From: Deltaproteobacteria bacterium
GTDB lineage: Bacteria; Desulfobacterota; Deferrimicrobia; Deferrimicrobiales; Deferrimicrobiaceae
NCBI GenBank assembly: GCA_030668225.1
Contig: DAOUUI010000001.1
Location: 1 to 50,824, forward strand
Reading direction: 5' to 3'
DNA: 50,824 nucleotides
The notes below the pieces were generated by a model, which was given only the letters and a program-made list of their open reading frames with translations, ran no database searches and was not told where the DNA came from. Positions 30,384 through 39,128 of this stretch are shown one piece after another. A program made the translations under genes and the position numbers. Numbering within the stretch: the first letter of the stretch is position 1; each line of letters starts with the position of its first letter.

Positions 30384-31354
30384 TGTTCACACCCCTCTTT
30401 TCCGGAAGGCGCCGATTTCCGCCGGGAAGGCGACCCGGTCGCCCTCGGGTGGGCCTTCTCGTAGACGCGAACGAGGTGGCTCACGTTTACTCTTGCGTAG
30501 CGCTGCGTCGTGGAGAGCGAAGCATGCCCCAGCATCTCCTGAATGGATCGAAGGTCGGCGCCCGATTCCAGGAGGTGCGTGGCAAAGGAGTGGCGGATTC
30601 CGTGAGGAGAAAGATGCCTCCCGATCCCGGCACGCTCCAGGGCGCCGTCCAGGATGCGCGCCACGCTGCGCGCCGTAAGCGCTCCCCCCCGCAGGTTGCG
30701 GAAGAGCGCCCCCTCCCATTCGTCCTCCTCTCCCCGTTTCCCGGACCTCCCCCTTTCGGCCAGATACGAAGACAGGGTCTGCCGCGCCTTCTCCCCCACA
30801 GGGACGATCCTCACCTTTCGTCCTTTTCCCCGGACCCGGACGGTTCCCTCCTCCAGGGCAACGTCCATTCTCCGAAGCGAGACGAGCTCGCCGACGCGCA
30901 GCCCCGAGGAGTAGAGAAGTTCGAGGATCGCGGCGTCCCGTTTCCCCGCTTCTCCTTTTGTACAAAGGGAGCGCAGCAGGTCCATCATCTCGTCCACTGG
31001 AAGAAACTCCGGCAGGCGCATCGCCCGCCGCGGAGACGTGAGGCCGGCAGCGGGATTCCCCGGAATCTCCCCCACGGTTACCAGGAAGGAGAAGAAGGTC
31101 CTGAGGGCCGCGATCTTCCTCGCCATGGTCGACCCCTTCTTCCCGGGAAACCTTGCCGCAAGGTAGCGGCGCAGGTCTGCGACCGACACCGACGACCAGA
31201 ATCCGGAGCCGTCGCGGGGGGACGATTCTCTCACCATTTCCGAAAGGAAATTGTGAAGATCGGAAACCTCCCGGAGGTAGGCCCGGACCGTCTCGCGCGA
31301 GGCATTCCTCTCGGAAAGGAGGAACCGGGAGAATTGCTCGATGGCGGAATCCAA
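30380..31354 (-). CDS. xerC: Tyrosine recombinase XerC-type
   Basis: N-terminal SAM-like domain. Catalytic R..HxxR..Y pattern ([30 protein letters not shown]). Conserved position directly upstream of hslVU. Confidence 0.85.
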   Translation of the reverse strand: MDSAIEQFSRFLLSERNASRETVRAYLREVSDLHNFLSEMVRESSPRDGSGFWSSVSVADLRRYLAARFPGKKGSTMARKIAALRTFFSFLVTVGEIPGNPAAGLTSPRRAMRLPEFLPVDEMMDLLRSLCTKGEAGKRDAAILELLYSSGLRVGELVSLRRMDVALEEGTVRVRGKGRKVRIVPVGEKARQTLSSYLAERGRSGKRGEEDEWEGALFRNLRGGALTARSVARILDGALERAGIGRHLSPHGIRHSFATHLLESGADLRSIQEMLGHASLSTTQRYARVNVSHLVRVYEKAHPRATGSPSRRKSAPSGKEGCEQ

Positions 31355-31451
31355 CTCCCTTGTCCGTCCCTTCTCCCCGTCAGGGGAAAAGTTTTATGTA
31401 ACACGACGCATATAGGATAGCAAGAATCAATGGTTTCGGAGACTTACATTT

Positions 31452-31477
31452 GACAGATCGTGACAGAAAGGGACAGA
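31452..31477. repeat. Three direct GACAGA repeats at exact 10-bp phasing
   Basis: tGACAGAtcg / tGACAGAaag / gGACAGAtaa at 31452, 31462 and 31472. Confidence 0.6.
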
Positions 31478-31483
31478 TAATAG

Positions 31484-31539
31484 GGTAACCCGCAACCCGG
31501 GCGCAACCGGATAACCGGATTCCGAGCGATAGGATAACC
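31484..31539. repeat. Cluster of five AACC(C/G)G-type motifs, including two GGATAACC copies
   Basis: GGTAACCCG (31484), GCAACCCGG (31492), GCAACCGG (31502), GGATAACCGG (31509), GGATAACCCC (31532). Confidence 0.45.
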
Positions 31540-31551
31540 CCCGAACAGCGA

Positions 31552-31587
31552 CCCTCATCGGGACGTTCCTGATTATTTCGATGAGGG
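31552..31587. other. 9-bp perfect stem (CCCTCATCG / CGATGAGGG) with an 18-nt loop
   Basis: Read directly from the sequence. It ends 3 nt before ATG 31591. No U-tract on either strand. Confidence 0.4.
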
Positions 31588-31650
31588 GAAATGTTCCTCG
31601 GTGACAACAGGTGGCAGACGAAGCGTTTAATATATCGAACGGAAGAGGAT

Positions 31651-31863
31651 ATGATGGATTGGCTCGAGTCTCCCACAATTTTTATCGCCGCGATATTGGC
31701 TTTGCCGGTGCTTTGGTTCGCAAAACGCTCACTTGCTGACGAGGATGATCGTGTCGGTGTCTTGGGCATCTGGTTCGTTATGGCGGCCATTGTGCTCTAT
31801 CTCTTATGGTACGGGGGGGCGTGGGGAGTCGCGAAGTTTATGGATACGGGTTCACAAGGATAG
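31651..31863 (+). CDS. Hypothetical small membrane protein (about 70 aa, two predicted TM helices)
   Basis: MMDWLESPTIFIAAILALPVLWFAKRSLADEDDRVGVLGIWFVMAAIVLYLLWYGGAWGVAKFMDTGSQG. GGAAGAGGA lies just upstream of the ATGATG. This is the only plausible ORF in the spacer. I recognise no family. Confidence 0.35.
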   Translation: MMDWLESPTIFIAAILALPVLWFAKRSLADEDDRVGVLGIWFVMAAIVLYLLWYGGAWGVAKFMDTGSQG

Positions 31864-31943
31864 GCCGGGGGTGTGCGGGCGCGTGTGAGGTTATTACCCC
31901 GTTATCGACTCAGGATGACCTACTGGACGCGCAAGGGGAAAGA

Positions 31944-31971
31944 ATAGTCGTCCGCTTCGGCCAGCGACTAT
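31944..31971 (-). terminator. Possible intrinsic terminator of trmFO
   Basis: On the minus strand, an ATAGTCG...CGACTAT 7-bp stem (inner CCG/CGG) overlaps the TAG stop and is followed by TTCTTT. Confidence 0.3.
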
Positions 31972-33329
31972 GTGTCACACAAGGGATTGAAATTAAAGAC
32001 TCTTCTGCGGAAATCCTCGATCGAGGAGAGGGCCCGGTTCGCCTGCCGCTCCTTCCGCTCCCGCTTCCTGCCTTCAGTGGGAAGAGGGAGAAGGCCGAAG
32101 TTGGCGTTCATCGGCTGGAACGATCCCCGGGGGAGGGTGGTGATGTGCCTCATCAGCGCCCCGATCATCGAATCTTCCGGAAATTCGGGGGGCTCCTTCC
32201 CGGCGACCCGCGCGGCGGCGGAGACTGCCGCAACGAACCCGGAGGCGATCGACTCCACGTACCCCTCGACCCCCGTGATCTGGCCCGCGAAGAAGAGTCC
32301 CTTCCGGTTCCTGTATTCCATGCTGGAATGGAGGTGACGGGGAGCGTCCAGGAAACTGTTGCGGTGAACCGACCCGTACCGGAGGAACTTCGCGCGACCG
32401 AGTCCCGGGATCAGGGAAAAAACCCGCTCCTGCTCGGGATAGGTGAGTTTCGTCTGGAACCCGACGAGATTGAACATCGTCCCCGCCTCGTTTTCCCTGC
32501 GAAGCTGGACGACGGCGTGCGGGATCCTTCCCGTCCGGGGGTCCCGGAGACCGACCGGCCGCATGGGTCCGAAGAGAAGCGTCTCTTCCCCGCGGCGGGC
32601 GAGAACCTCGACGGGCATGCACGATTCGAAGTACCGCTCCTCCTCGAATTCACGGGCCGGCACAACGCGCGCCGACATCAGGGCGGCGAAAAATGCCTCC
32701 CATTCGGGCCGCGTCATCGGGAAATTCAGGTAATCTCCCGATCCGGATCCGTACCGGTCGGCGAAAAATCCCCGGTGCGTGTCCAGAGAGGAAGCGTCCA
32801 CGATCGGGGAGATGGCGTCGTAGAAGTAGAGGCCCATTCCGCCGAGCAGTGTGCTGATGCTTCCCGAAATCTCCTCGGACGGAATCGGGCCGCAGGCGAT
32901 GATGACGACGGGATCGTCCGGGATCGTCCTCGCTTCCGCATCCACAACCCGGATGTTCCGACGGGCCCGCACCGTCCCGGTCACCGACTTTCCGAAGGCC
33001 TCCCTGTCCACCGCGAGTGCCTTCCCCGCAGGAACCCTGACCTGGTCGGCCACCCGGAGGAGATTGGACCCGAGAGTCCTGAGTTCGGCCTTCAACAGTC
33101 CCTTCCCGGAATCCGCCCGGTCCGCGCCCAGGGAGTTGCTGCAGACCAGCTCGGCGAACAGGCCGGTCTGGTGGGCGGGGGAGGAGACGCCTGGGCGCAT
33201 CTCGAACAGGTCCACCGGTGTCCCCGACGCGGACAGGACGAGCGCCGCCTCGGAACCGGCGAGCCCCGCCCCGACGACAGTGACCCGGGCGACGGAGTTG
33301 TCAGCTCCCGGCGATCGAGACGTCGCCAC
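31968..33329 (-). CDS. trmFO: Methylenetetrahydrofolate--tRNA-(uracil-5-)-methyltransferase TrmFO (Gid)
   Basis: VTVVGAGLAGSEAAL, AELVCSNSL, FAGQITGVEGYVES. Start placed at GTG 33329, the first in-frame start before the Rossmann motif, giving 453 aa. This overlaps the kinase gene by 29 nt. The track start at 33515 adds an S/P-rich extension. Confidence 0.88.
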   Translation of the reverse strand: MATSRSPGADNSVARVTVVGAGLAGSEAALVLSASGTPVDLFEMRPGVSSPAHQTGLFAELVCSNSLGADRADSGKGLLKAELRTLGSNLLRVADQVRVPAGKALAVDREAFGKSVTGTVRARRNIRVVDAEARTIPDDPVVIIACGPIPSEEISGSISTLLGGMGLYFYDAISPIVDASSLDTHRGFFADRYGSGSGDYLNFPMTRPEWEAFFAALMSARVVPAREFEEERYFESCMPVEVLARRGEETLLFGPMRPVGLRDPRTGRIPHAVVQLRRENEAGTMFNLVGFQTKLTYPEQERVFSLIPGLGRAKFLRYGSVHRNSFLDAPRHLHSSMEYRNRKGLFFAGQITGVEGYVESIASGFVAAVSAAARVAGKEPPEFPEDSMIGALMRHITTLPRGSFQPMNANFGLLPLPTEGRKRERKERQANRALSSIEDFRRRVFNFNPLCDT

Positions 33330-34983
33330 GGGATGATTCCACGAGCTCGGGGAGGAAGATCGAGAAGACGCTTCCGCCTCCCGGAGAGGAGCGGACTTCG
33401 ATGAATCCTCTGTGATAGTGGACGATCCTTTGGGATATCGCCAGGCCCAGCCCTGTCCCTTCCGGCTTGGAGGTGAAGAAGGGGTTGAAGATCTTTCCGA
33501 TGATGTCGGATGCAATACCGTTTCCCGTGTCGCTCACCGTAGTGACCACGTAACGTTGACGGTGTCGGATCTGTGAGAAGATGTCGATCGTCACGGAACC
33601 GCCGCGGGGAGTCGCCTGCAAAGCGTTGCGGACGAGGTTCCAGAGAACCTGTCTCAGTTGCTCCGCATCGCCTTCGACATGGTTGTCCATCGTCGCCAGA
33701 TCCTCCACGACCACGCCTTTTTCACGGGCCTCTCCCGCACATACCGCATCGACGATCTCCGACACCATCGCGGTCATGTTCACGGGCCCCACGTTCTTCA
33801 ACTTCGGCCCCGCGTACGCGAGAAAATCGGAGATGAGGCCGTTCAGACGGGTGCTCTCCCTCTCGATGATGTCGAGAAGGGTTTGGGAAATCTCCGGCAG
33901 GTCCGGCGTCTCGCGAAGCATCTGGGAGGACCCGGTGATGGAAGCCAGGGGGTTTCGTATCTCGTGGGCGAGACCCGCGGCAAGTTCCCCGACCGTCGCC
34001 AGCCGGTCGGCGATCCGAACCCGCTCCTCCATCTCCTTGACCGGGGTGAGGTCCTGGAAAATCACAACGCTACCTGTCACGGTACCGTCGGCGTCCTTCA
34101 TGGGGGAAGAGGAGAACCCGAGGAAAATCTCCGCCCCATCCGACCGACGAAAGACGATCTCCGGGCGCGGCATGGAAAAGTCGGTGCGGTCCTCCCCCTG
34201 GTCCAGCCCGGAAAGAACCTCCCCCACCGGCTTCCCCGTGACATCCCCCTTGCCGACACCGAGAATGGAGCACGCGGTGTCGTTGATCAGGCTCACCAGG
34301 CCTTGCGTGTCCACGGTCACGATCCCGGAGGGGATGTTATCCACGACGTGCTTGTGGAAGGTCTCCAGACTTTGCAGGACATTCTCCCGATCCTGCGTCC
34401 TATCGCGCGCCCTCCGGATGTCCTCCCCGAGGATCCCGGACAAGACCCCGGTCAGGATGAAGCCGAGGGAATTGATGAGGCTCGGCCGGAGGAACTGGGA
34501 CCACCCGAGATTCGTTGTCGTGGTACCGGGAGGAAACAGGACACCCCGAACCTGGAGGTAAAGGAGCGTCACGTAGGCAGCCGCCGAGAGCGCCGCCCAG
34601 ATCATCGCCCCCTTCATGTAAAGCTCCAGGCTCCCCAACAGGATGATGATGATGTACATGAACACGAAGACGCTGTCGTAGAGCCCGGTAGCAAAAATGA
34701 TGATGGAGACGAATCCCACGTCCACGAACGCCTGGAGGATGAGAAACGGCAGGGGAACCTCGCCGCCCCCCCAGAAGGCGTACCGGGCGAGCAGCCACCC
34801 GTACGACAGCACCGCGGCGACGTACAGATACTGGATTCCGACGGGAAAGACGAGTTCGGGCTCCCGGATCTGGACGGAGAGCGCCGACACCAGGAGAGCG
34901 AGGGTGACCCCCGATCGCAGCAGGAGGAGATTCCTGCCCTTGGCCTCCACTTCCTTCCGGCCCCGTCCGGGGACCGAGGACAA
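33301..34983 (-). CDS. pilS: Sensor histidine kinase, PilS-like (multi-TM N-terminus, PAS, HisKA, HATPase_c)
   Basis: About 6 hydrophobic helices, H-box GLAHEIRNPL, N/G boxes (NLVRNALQA, DTGNGI, GTGLGL). It sits immediately downstream of pilC. The symbol is assigned by context only. Confidence 0.7.
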   Translation of the reverse strand: MSSVPGRGRKEVEAKGRNLLLLRSGVTLALLVSALSVQIREPELVFPVGIQYLYVAAVLSYGWLLARYAFWGGGEVPLPFLILQAFVDVGFVSIIIFATGLYDSVFVFMYIIIILLGSLELYMKGAMIWAALSAAAYVTLLYLQVRGVLFPPGTTTTNLGWSQFLRPSLINSLGFILTGVLSGILGEDIRRARDRTQDRENVLQSLETFHKHVVDNIPSGIVTVDTQGLVSLINDTACSILGVGKGDVTGKPVGEVLSGLDQGEDRTDFSMPRPEIVFRRSDGAEIFLGFSSSPMKDADGTVTGSVVIFQDLTPVKEMEERVRIADRLATVGELAAGLAHEIRNPLASITGSSQMLRETPDLPEISQTLLDIIERESTRLNGLISDFLAYAGPKLKNVGPVNMTAMVSEIVDAVCAGEAREKGVVVEDLATMDNHVEGDAEQLRQVLWNLVRNALQATPRGGSVTIDIFSQIRHRQRYVVTTVSDTGNGIASDIIGKIFNPFFTSKPEGTGLGLAISQRIVHYHRGFIEVRSSPGGGSVFSIFLPELVESSRGDVSIAGS

Positions 34984-34985
34984 AC

Positions 34986-36197
34986 CTACCCCCCCACGAC
35001 GCCGGCCAGCTTGAAGATCGGAAGGTACATCGCGATTACAAGCCCTCCGATGACCACCCCGAGGAAGATCATGAGCATCGGCTCCAGGAGGGAGGTTAGC
35101 GCCCCCACTGCAGAATCGACCTCATCGTCGTAGAAATCCGCGATCTTATTGAGCATCGTATCGAGAGCGCCTGTTGCTTCCCCCACGCTGACCATCTGGG
35201 TCACCATGACGGGGAAGACCTTGCTGTCCGCAAGCGGTTCCGCGATCGTCTTTCCCTCGCTGATGCTCGTCCGGGCCTTGAGGATGGCCTCTTCGATGAT
35301 CTTGTTCCCCGCGGACTTTGCCACGATGTCCATGCTCTCCAGGATCGGGACACCGCTGGAAACCATCGTCCCCAGCGTGCGTGAGAACCGGGCCACTGCG
35401 ATCTTCCGGAGGAGATCGCCAAAGATCGGCACCCGGAGGAGGAGTCGGTCGATCCTGCGGCGTCCGTTTTCCTGCTTGTAGTACCAGCGGATGCCCATGA
35501 CCAGCAGCACGAGCAGTACGACGCCGACCAGAAAATATTTCCGGGTATAGGCACTGATGGCAAGGACGAACTGGGTAGGCACGGGAAGAGTTGCCCCGAA
35601 ATCATCGAACATCGCTCCGAAGATCGGGATCACGTAAACGAGCAGGACCACGGTCACGATGAGGGCGACCGCGAGAATCGTCGAGGGATACACCATCGCG
35701 CTCTTGACCTGCTTGGCGAGCTTCATCGCTTTCTCGATGTAGGCGGCAAGGCGCGACAGGATCGTGTCGAGGATACCGCCCACCTCCCCGGCGGAGACCA
35801 GGTTGACAAAGAGCTCATCGAACACGTGCGGGTGCTTGCCCAGCGCGTCCGCGAAGGTCGAACCGCTCTCCACGTCCTCTTTCACTTTCAGGATCACCTT
35901 CTTGAATGCCTGGTTCTCCTGCTGCAGCCCGAGGATGTCCAGACATTGGACCAGCGGAAGTCCCGCATCGATCATCGTGGCGAACTGCCGCGTGAATATC
36001 GCCAGTTCCCTCTTCGAGACCTTCCCCCTCCGACCGAGGAGACGGAAACCCAGATCCCTCGGTTTGGGCTTGATCTTCACAGGAACGATCTGCTGCCGGC
36101 GGAGTTGCGCGATGACAAAGGCCTCGTTCGGGGCCTCGATCTCTCCCGTCATCGTTCCGCCTACCCTGGTCTTTCCTTCCCACATGAATTTTCCCAT
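34986..36197 (-). CDS. pilC: Type IV pilus assembly platform protein PilC (GspF family)
   Basis: 403 aa with duplicated GspF domains (FTRQFATMIDAGLPL / FSRTLGTMVSSGVPI). Confidence 0.9.
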   Translation of the reverse strand: MGKFMWEGKTRVGGTMTGEIEAPNEAFVIAQLRRQQIVPVKIKPKPRDLGFRLLGRRGKVSKRELAIFTRQFATMIDAGLPLVQCLDILGLQQENQAFKKVILKVKEDVESGSTFADALGKHPHVFDELFVNLVSAGEVGGILDTILSRLAAYIEKAMKLAKQVKSAMVYPSTILAVALIVTVVLLVYVIPIFGAMFDDFGATLPVPTQFVLAISAYTRKYFLVGVVLLVLLVMGIRWYYKQENGRRRIDRLLLRVPIFGDLLRKIAVARFSRTLGTMVSSGVPILESMDIVAKSAGNKIIEEAILKARTSISEGKTIAEPLADSKVFPVMVTQMVSVGEATGALDTMLNKIADFYDDEVDSAVGALTSLLEPMLMIFLGVVIGGLVIAMYLPIFKLAGVVGG

Positions 36198-36218
36198 CGT
36201 TTCCTCCGCGATGCGGCC

Positions 36219-37322
36219 CTACACCTTCCTGCCGAGGGATTGCGAGACCCCGGAAGCGGGAGACGCCGACAACAGGTTCCTGAATTCCTCGGGGTCGGAG
36301 CTCCTCCCGACCGCGTCGTCCAGTGATATGTTCCGCTTGAGATATGCTGCGAGAATGGACTGGTTCATGGTTTGCATTCCGAACTTGGCCTGCCCCACCT
36401 GCATCTGGGAGTAGATCTGGTGGACCTTCTCCTCCCGGATCAGGTTCCGGATGGCGGCGTTCGGGATCATGACCTCCAGCGCCAGGACCCGCCCACCGCC
36501 CGACGCCTTGGGGATGAGGATCTGCGACATCACTCCCTCGAGGACAAACGACAGCTGGGCACGCACCTGCGGCTGCTGGTAGGGCGGAAAAACGTCCAGG
36601 ATGCGGTTGATCGTCTGGACAGCCGAGTTCGTATGGAGGGTCGCGAACACCAGGTGCCCCGTCTCCGCCACGGTCAGGGCAGCCTCGATCGTCTCGAGGT
36701 CCCTCATCTCGCCGATGAGGACGACGTCCGGGTCCTGCCGCAGGATGTATTTCAAGGCCCTCTTGAAGCTCTGGGTATCCGCGTTCACCTCACGCTGGTT
36801 GACGAGGCACTTCTTGTGGGGATGCAGGTACTCGATCGGGTCCTCGACCGTGACAATGTGTTCCTGGCGCTCCGAGTTGATCTTGTCGATCATCGCGGCG
36901 AGCGTCGTCGACTTCCCTGATCCCGTCGGCCCGGTCACCAGGACAAGCCCCCTCGGCTTCTTGCACAACTCCCTGGCCACCATGGGAAGTCCCAGATCAT
37001 CGAACGACCGGATCTTGAACGGAATCGTGCGGAACGCTCCGGCCGCGGCTCCGCGCTGCATGTAGATGTTCGCCCGGAAACGGCTCAGGCCCTTCACGCC
37101 GAAGGAGAGGTCAAGCTCCCAATCCTCCTCGAAACGCTGCTTCTGCGCCTCCGTCAGGATGCTGTAGCAGATACGCTTCGTATCCTGCGGGGTCAGCGGT
37201 TCGGAGGGAAGCGGAAGAAGCCTGCCGTCGATACGTACCGTGGGGGGGACCCCGGTCGTGATGTGGAGATCCGACGCTCCCTTTTCGTACATCGCGCTCA
37301 GAAGATCGTGTATCGTTAACAT
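36219..37322 (-). CDS. pilT: Type IV pilus retraction ATPase PilT
   Basis: ASDLHIT, Walker A GPTGSGKSTT, AIRNLIRE. Confidence 0.9.
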   Translation of the reverse strand: MLTIHDLLSAMYEKGASDLHITTGVPPTVRIDGRLLPLPSEPLTPQDTKRICYSILTEAQKQRFEEDWELDLSFGVKGLSRFRANIYMQRGAAAGAFRTIPFKIRSFDDLGLPMVARELCKKPRGLVLVTGPTGSGKSTTLAAMIDKINSERQEHIVTVEDPIEYLHPHKKCLVNQREVNADTQSFKRALKYILRQDPDVVLIGEMRDLETIEAALTVAETGHLVFATLHTNSAVQTINRILDVFPPYQQPQVRAQLSFVLEGVMSQILIPKASGGGRVLALEVMIPNAAIRNLIREEKVHQIYSQMQVGQAKFGMQTMNQSILAAYLKRNISLDDAVGRSSDPEEFRNLLSASPASGVSQSLGRKV

Positions 37323-37347
37323 CTTCTCTTTTCTCCCTTCTCTCGCG

Positions 37348-39045
37348 TCAATCCGGAGCCGTCACGCGCAGAACCTCGTCGAGGGTCGTCATCCCTTCCT
37401 CCACCTTCGTCAGGCCTGCCTGCCTGAGCGTCTTCATGCCCAGGCGGAAGGCTTCGCGCTTGATGTCAAGCGCCGACCCTCCACGCAGGACGAGATCCTT
37501 GATCTCCTCCCGGACCGGCATCACTTCATAGAGGGCAACACGCCCCCGGAACCCCGTCCTGGTGCACTCCTCACACCCCTTTCCCTTCCGCAGCTGTACA
37601 TGCTTGAGCCGATCGGGATTCATCCCGGCGTCGACAAGCGCCTTCGGGGGTATCTTGATCTCCTCGCTGCAGTTCGCGCACACCCTCCGGGTCAGCCGCT
37701 GGGCGACGATCAGATTGAGCGACGAGGAGACGAGAAACGGCTCGATTCCCATGTTGAGCATACGGGTCACGGTGCTTGGGGCGTCGTTCGTGTGAAGGGT
37801 GGAGAGGACGAGGTGGCCGGTGAGGGCGGCCTTCACGCCGATCTCGGCCGTCTCGTAATCGCGGATCTCGCCCACCATGATGATGTCCGGGTCCTGCCGC
37901 AGGAAGGATCGGAGAGCGGACGCGAAGGTGAGCCCGATCTCGTCCCTGACATGTACCTGGTTGATCCCGGCGAAGTTGTACTCCACCGGATCCTCGCACG
38001 TGGAGATGTTTTCGCTCGTCTTGTTCAGGTCCGACAGGGCGGAATACAGGGTCGTCGTTTTTCCCGAACCGGTAGGACCGGTAACCAGGACCATACCGTA
38101 GGGCAGGTGGATCGCCTCCGTGAAATACTTCAGCTGGTCCGGCTCGAATCCGAGCTTGGTCATGTCGAGCTGCAGGCTGGACTTGTCCAGGAGACGAAGG
38201 ACGGTCTTTTCCCCGTAGATCGTGGGCAGGGTGGAAACACGGAAATCCATCTCCCTCCCCTTCCCGATTTTCAACTTGATCCTGCCATCTTGCGGAAGCC
38301 GACGTTCCGCGATGTCGAGGGAGGCCAGGATCTTGAGCCGCGAGGAGATGGCGTTACGCATTTTCAGCGGCGGACGCATCATCTCGTACAACACGCCGTC
38401 TACGCGGTACCGGACCCGGAACTCCTTCTCGTAAGGCTCGACGTGGATGTCCGATGCCCTTCTTTTGATTGCGTCCGTCAGGATGAAGTTGACGAGCTTG
38501 ACCACGGGAGCATCGTCCAGGCCGCGCTCGATCTCGGATATGTCGACTTCCTCCTCATGGACGACTTCCAGCTCTTCGTCCAGCTCCGAGATGATGTCCT
38601 TGAACTCGAGGGACTGGTCGAAGAACTTGTTGATGGCGGTGGCGATTTCCTTCTCGGAGGCAAGCACGAGTTCCACGGCGTAGCCGGTCTTGAACCCGAT
38701 GGCGTCCAGGATTGCCATATTGGAGGGATCCGCAACCGCGACGATCAGCTTCGCCCCGACCCGGTTGATCGGGAGCGCCAGGTTCTTCTGGACCATCTCC
38801 TCGGGAAGGAGGCGGACCACTTCCGGATCGATCTCGTACTTGGAGAGGTCGACCACCGGGATGTTGAACTGCCTGCCGAGAAAGGAGAGCAGTTCGGCCT
38901 CCTGGATGGACCCCGCCTTCACGAGGACCGCTCCGATCCGCTCTCGGGTCTTTTTCTGGGTATCGAGAGCGGTCCGGAGCTGCTCCTGCGTAATGATATT
39001 CCCTTTCAGGAGCATTTCCCCGATCTTAGTGGCCATTACGGACAT
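37348..39045 (-). CDS. pilB: Type IV pilus assembly ATPase PilB (GspE family)
   Basis: 565 aa. N-terminal MshEN/GSPII domain, Walker A GPTGSGKTTT, tetracysteine CxxC...CxxC (CANCSEE, CEEC). Confidence 0.92.
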   Translation of the reverse strand: MSVMATKIGEMLLKGNIITQEQLRTALDTQKKTRERIGAVLVKAGSIQEAELLSFLGRQFNIPVVDLSKYEIDPEVVRLLPEEMVQKNLALPINRVGAKLIVAVADPSNMAILDAIGFKTGYAVELVLASEKEIATAINKFFDQSLEFKDIISELDEELEVVHEEEVDISEIERGLDDAPVVKLVNFILTDAIKRRASDIHVEPYEKEFRVRYRVDGVLYEMMRPPLKMRNAISSRLKILASLDIAERRLPQDGRIKLKIGKGREMDFRVSTLPTIYGEKTVLRLLDKSSLQLDMTKLGFEPDQLKYFTEAIHLPYGMVLVTGPTGSGKTTTLYSALSDLNKTSENISTCEDPVEYNFAGINQVHVRDEIGLTFASALRSFLRQDPDIIMVGEIRDYETAEIGVKAALTGHLVLSTLHTNDAPSTVTRMLNMGIEPFLVSSSLNLIVAQRLTRRVCANCSEEIKIPPKALVDAGMNPDRLKHVQLRKGKGCEECTRTGFRGRVALYEVMPVREEIKDLVLRGGSALDIKREAFRLGMKTLRQAGLTKVEEGMTTLDEVLRVTAPD

Positions 39046-39079
39046 TTCAAATTCACCTAATTATACATAATTTATGCAA

Positions 39080-39108
39080 AATTTATAAAATTTATCGGCC
39101 TTTGTCAA
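39080..39108 (-). promoter_or_regulatory. Sigma70-type promoter upstream of pilB
   Basis: On the minus strand: TTGACA (39108..39103), 17 nt, TAAATT (39085..39080). AGGTGA SD lies 7 nt before the pilB ATG. It sits in an AT-rich gap. Confidence 0.5.
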
Positions 39109-39128
39109 GCTCGAATTCCCCCTCCGGA

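Noticed and set aside
30380-31354. Tyrosine recombinase as a marker of an integrated mobile element or prophage.
   Set aside because: It is overlapped and co-directional with hslV-hslU and downstream of trmFO, which is the classic housekeeping xerC/codV context. I saw no att-like repeats, tRNA or phage genes.
31395-31425. Possible dif-like Xer recombination site next to xerC (TTATGTAACACGACGCATATAGG).
   Set aside because: Only half-site-like fragments (TTATGT, CGCATA) are present. They are in the wrong relative order and spacing for an XerC arm, 6-bp core and XerD arm arrangement.
31452-31539. Short direct repeats considered as a mini-CRISPR or tandem-repeat array.
   Set aside because: The repeat units are only 6-8 nt with 4-nt spacers. 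There is no 25-40-nt repeat/spacer architecture and there are no cas genes. I report them as a possible protein-binding array instead.
31380-31790. 136-aa minus-strand ORF in the trmFO-xerC spacer.
   Set aside because: The translation is S/C/I-rich and has no domain or TM logic. It overlaps the repeat array and the more plausible plus-strand two-TM ORF.
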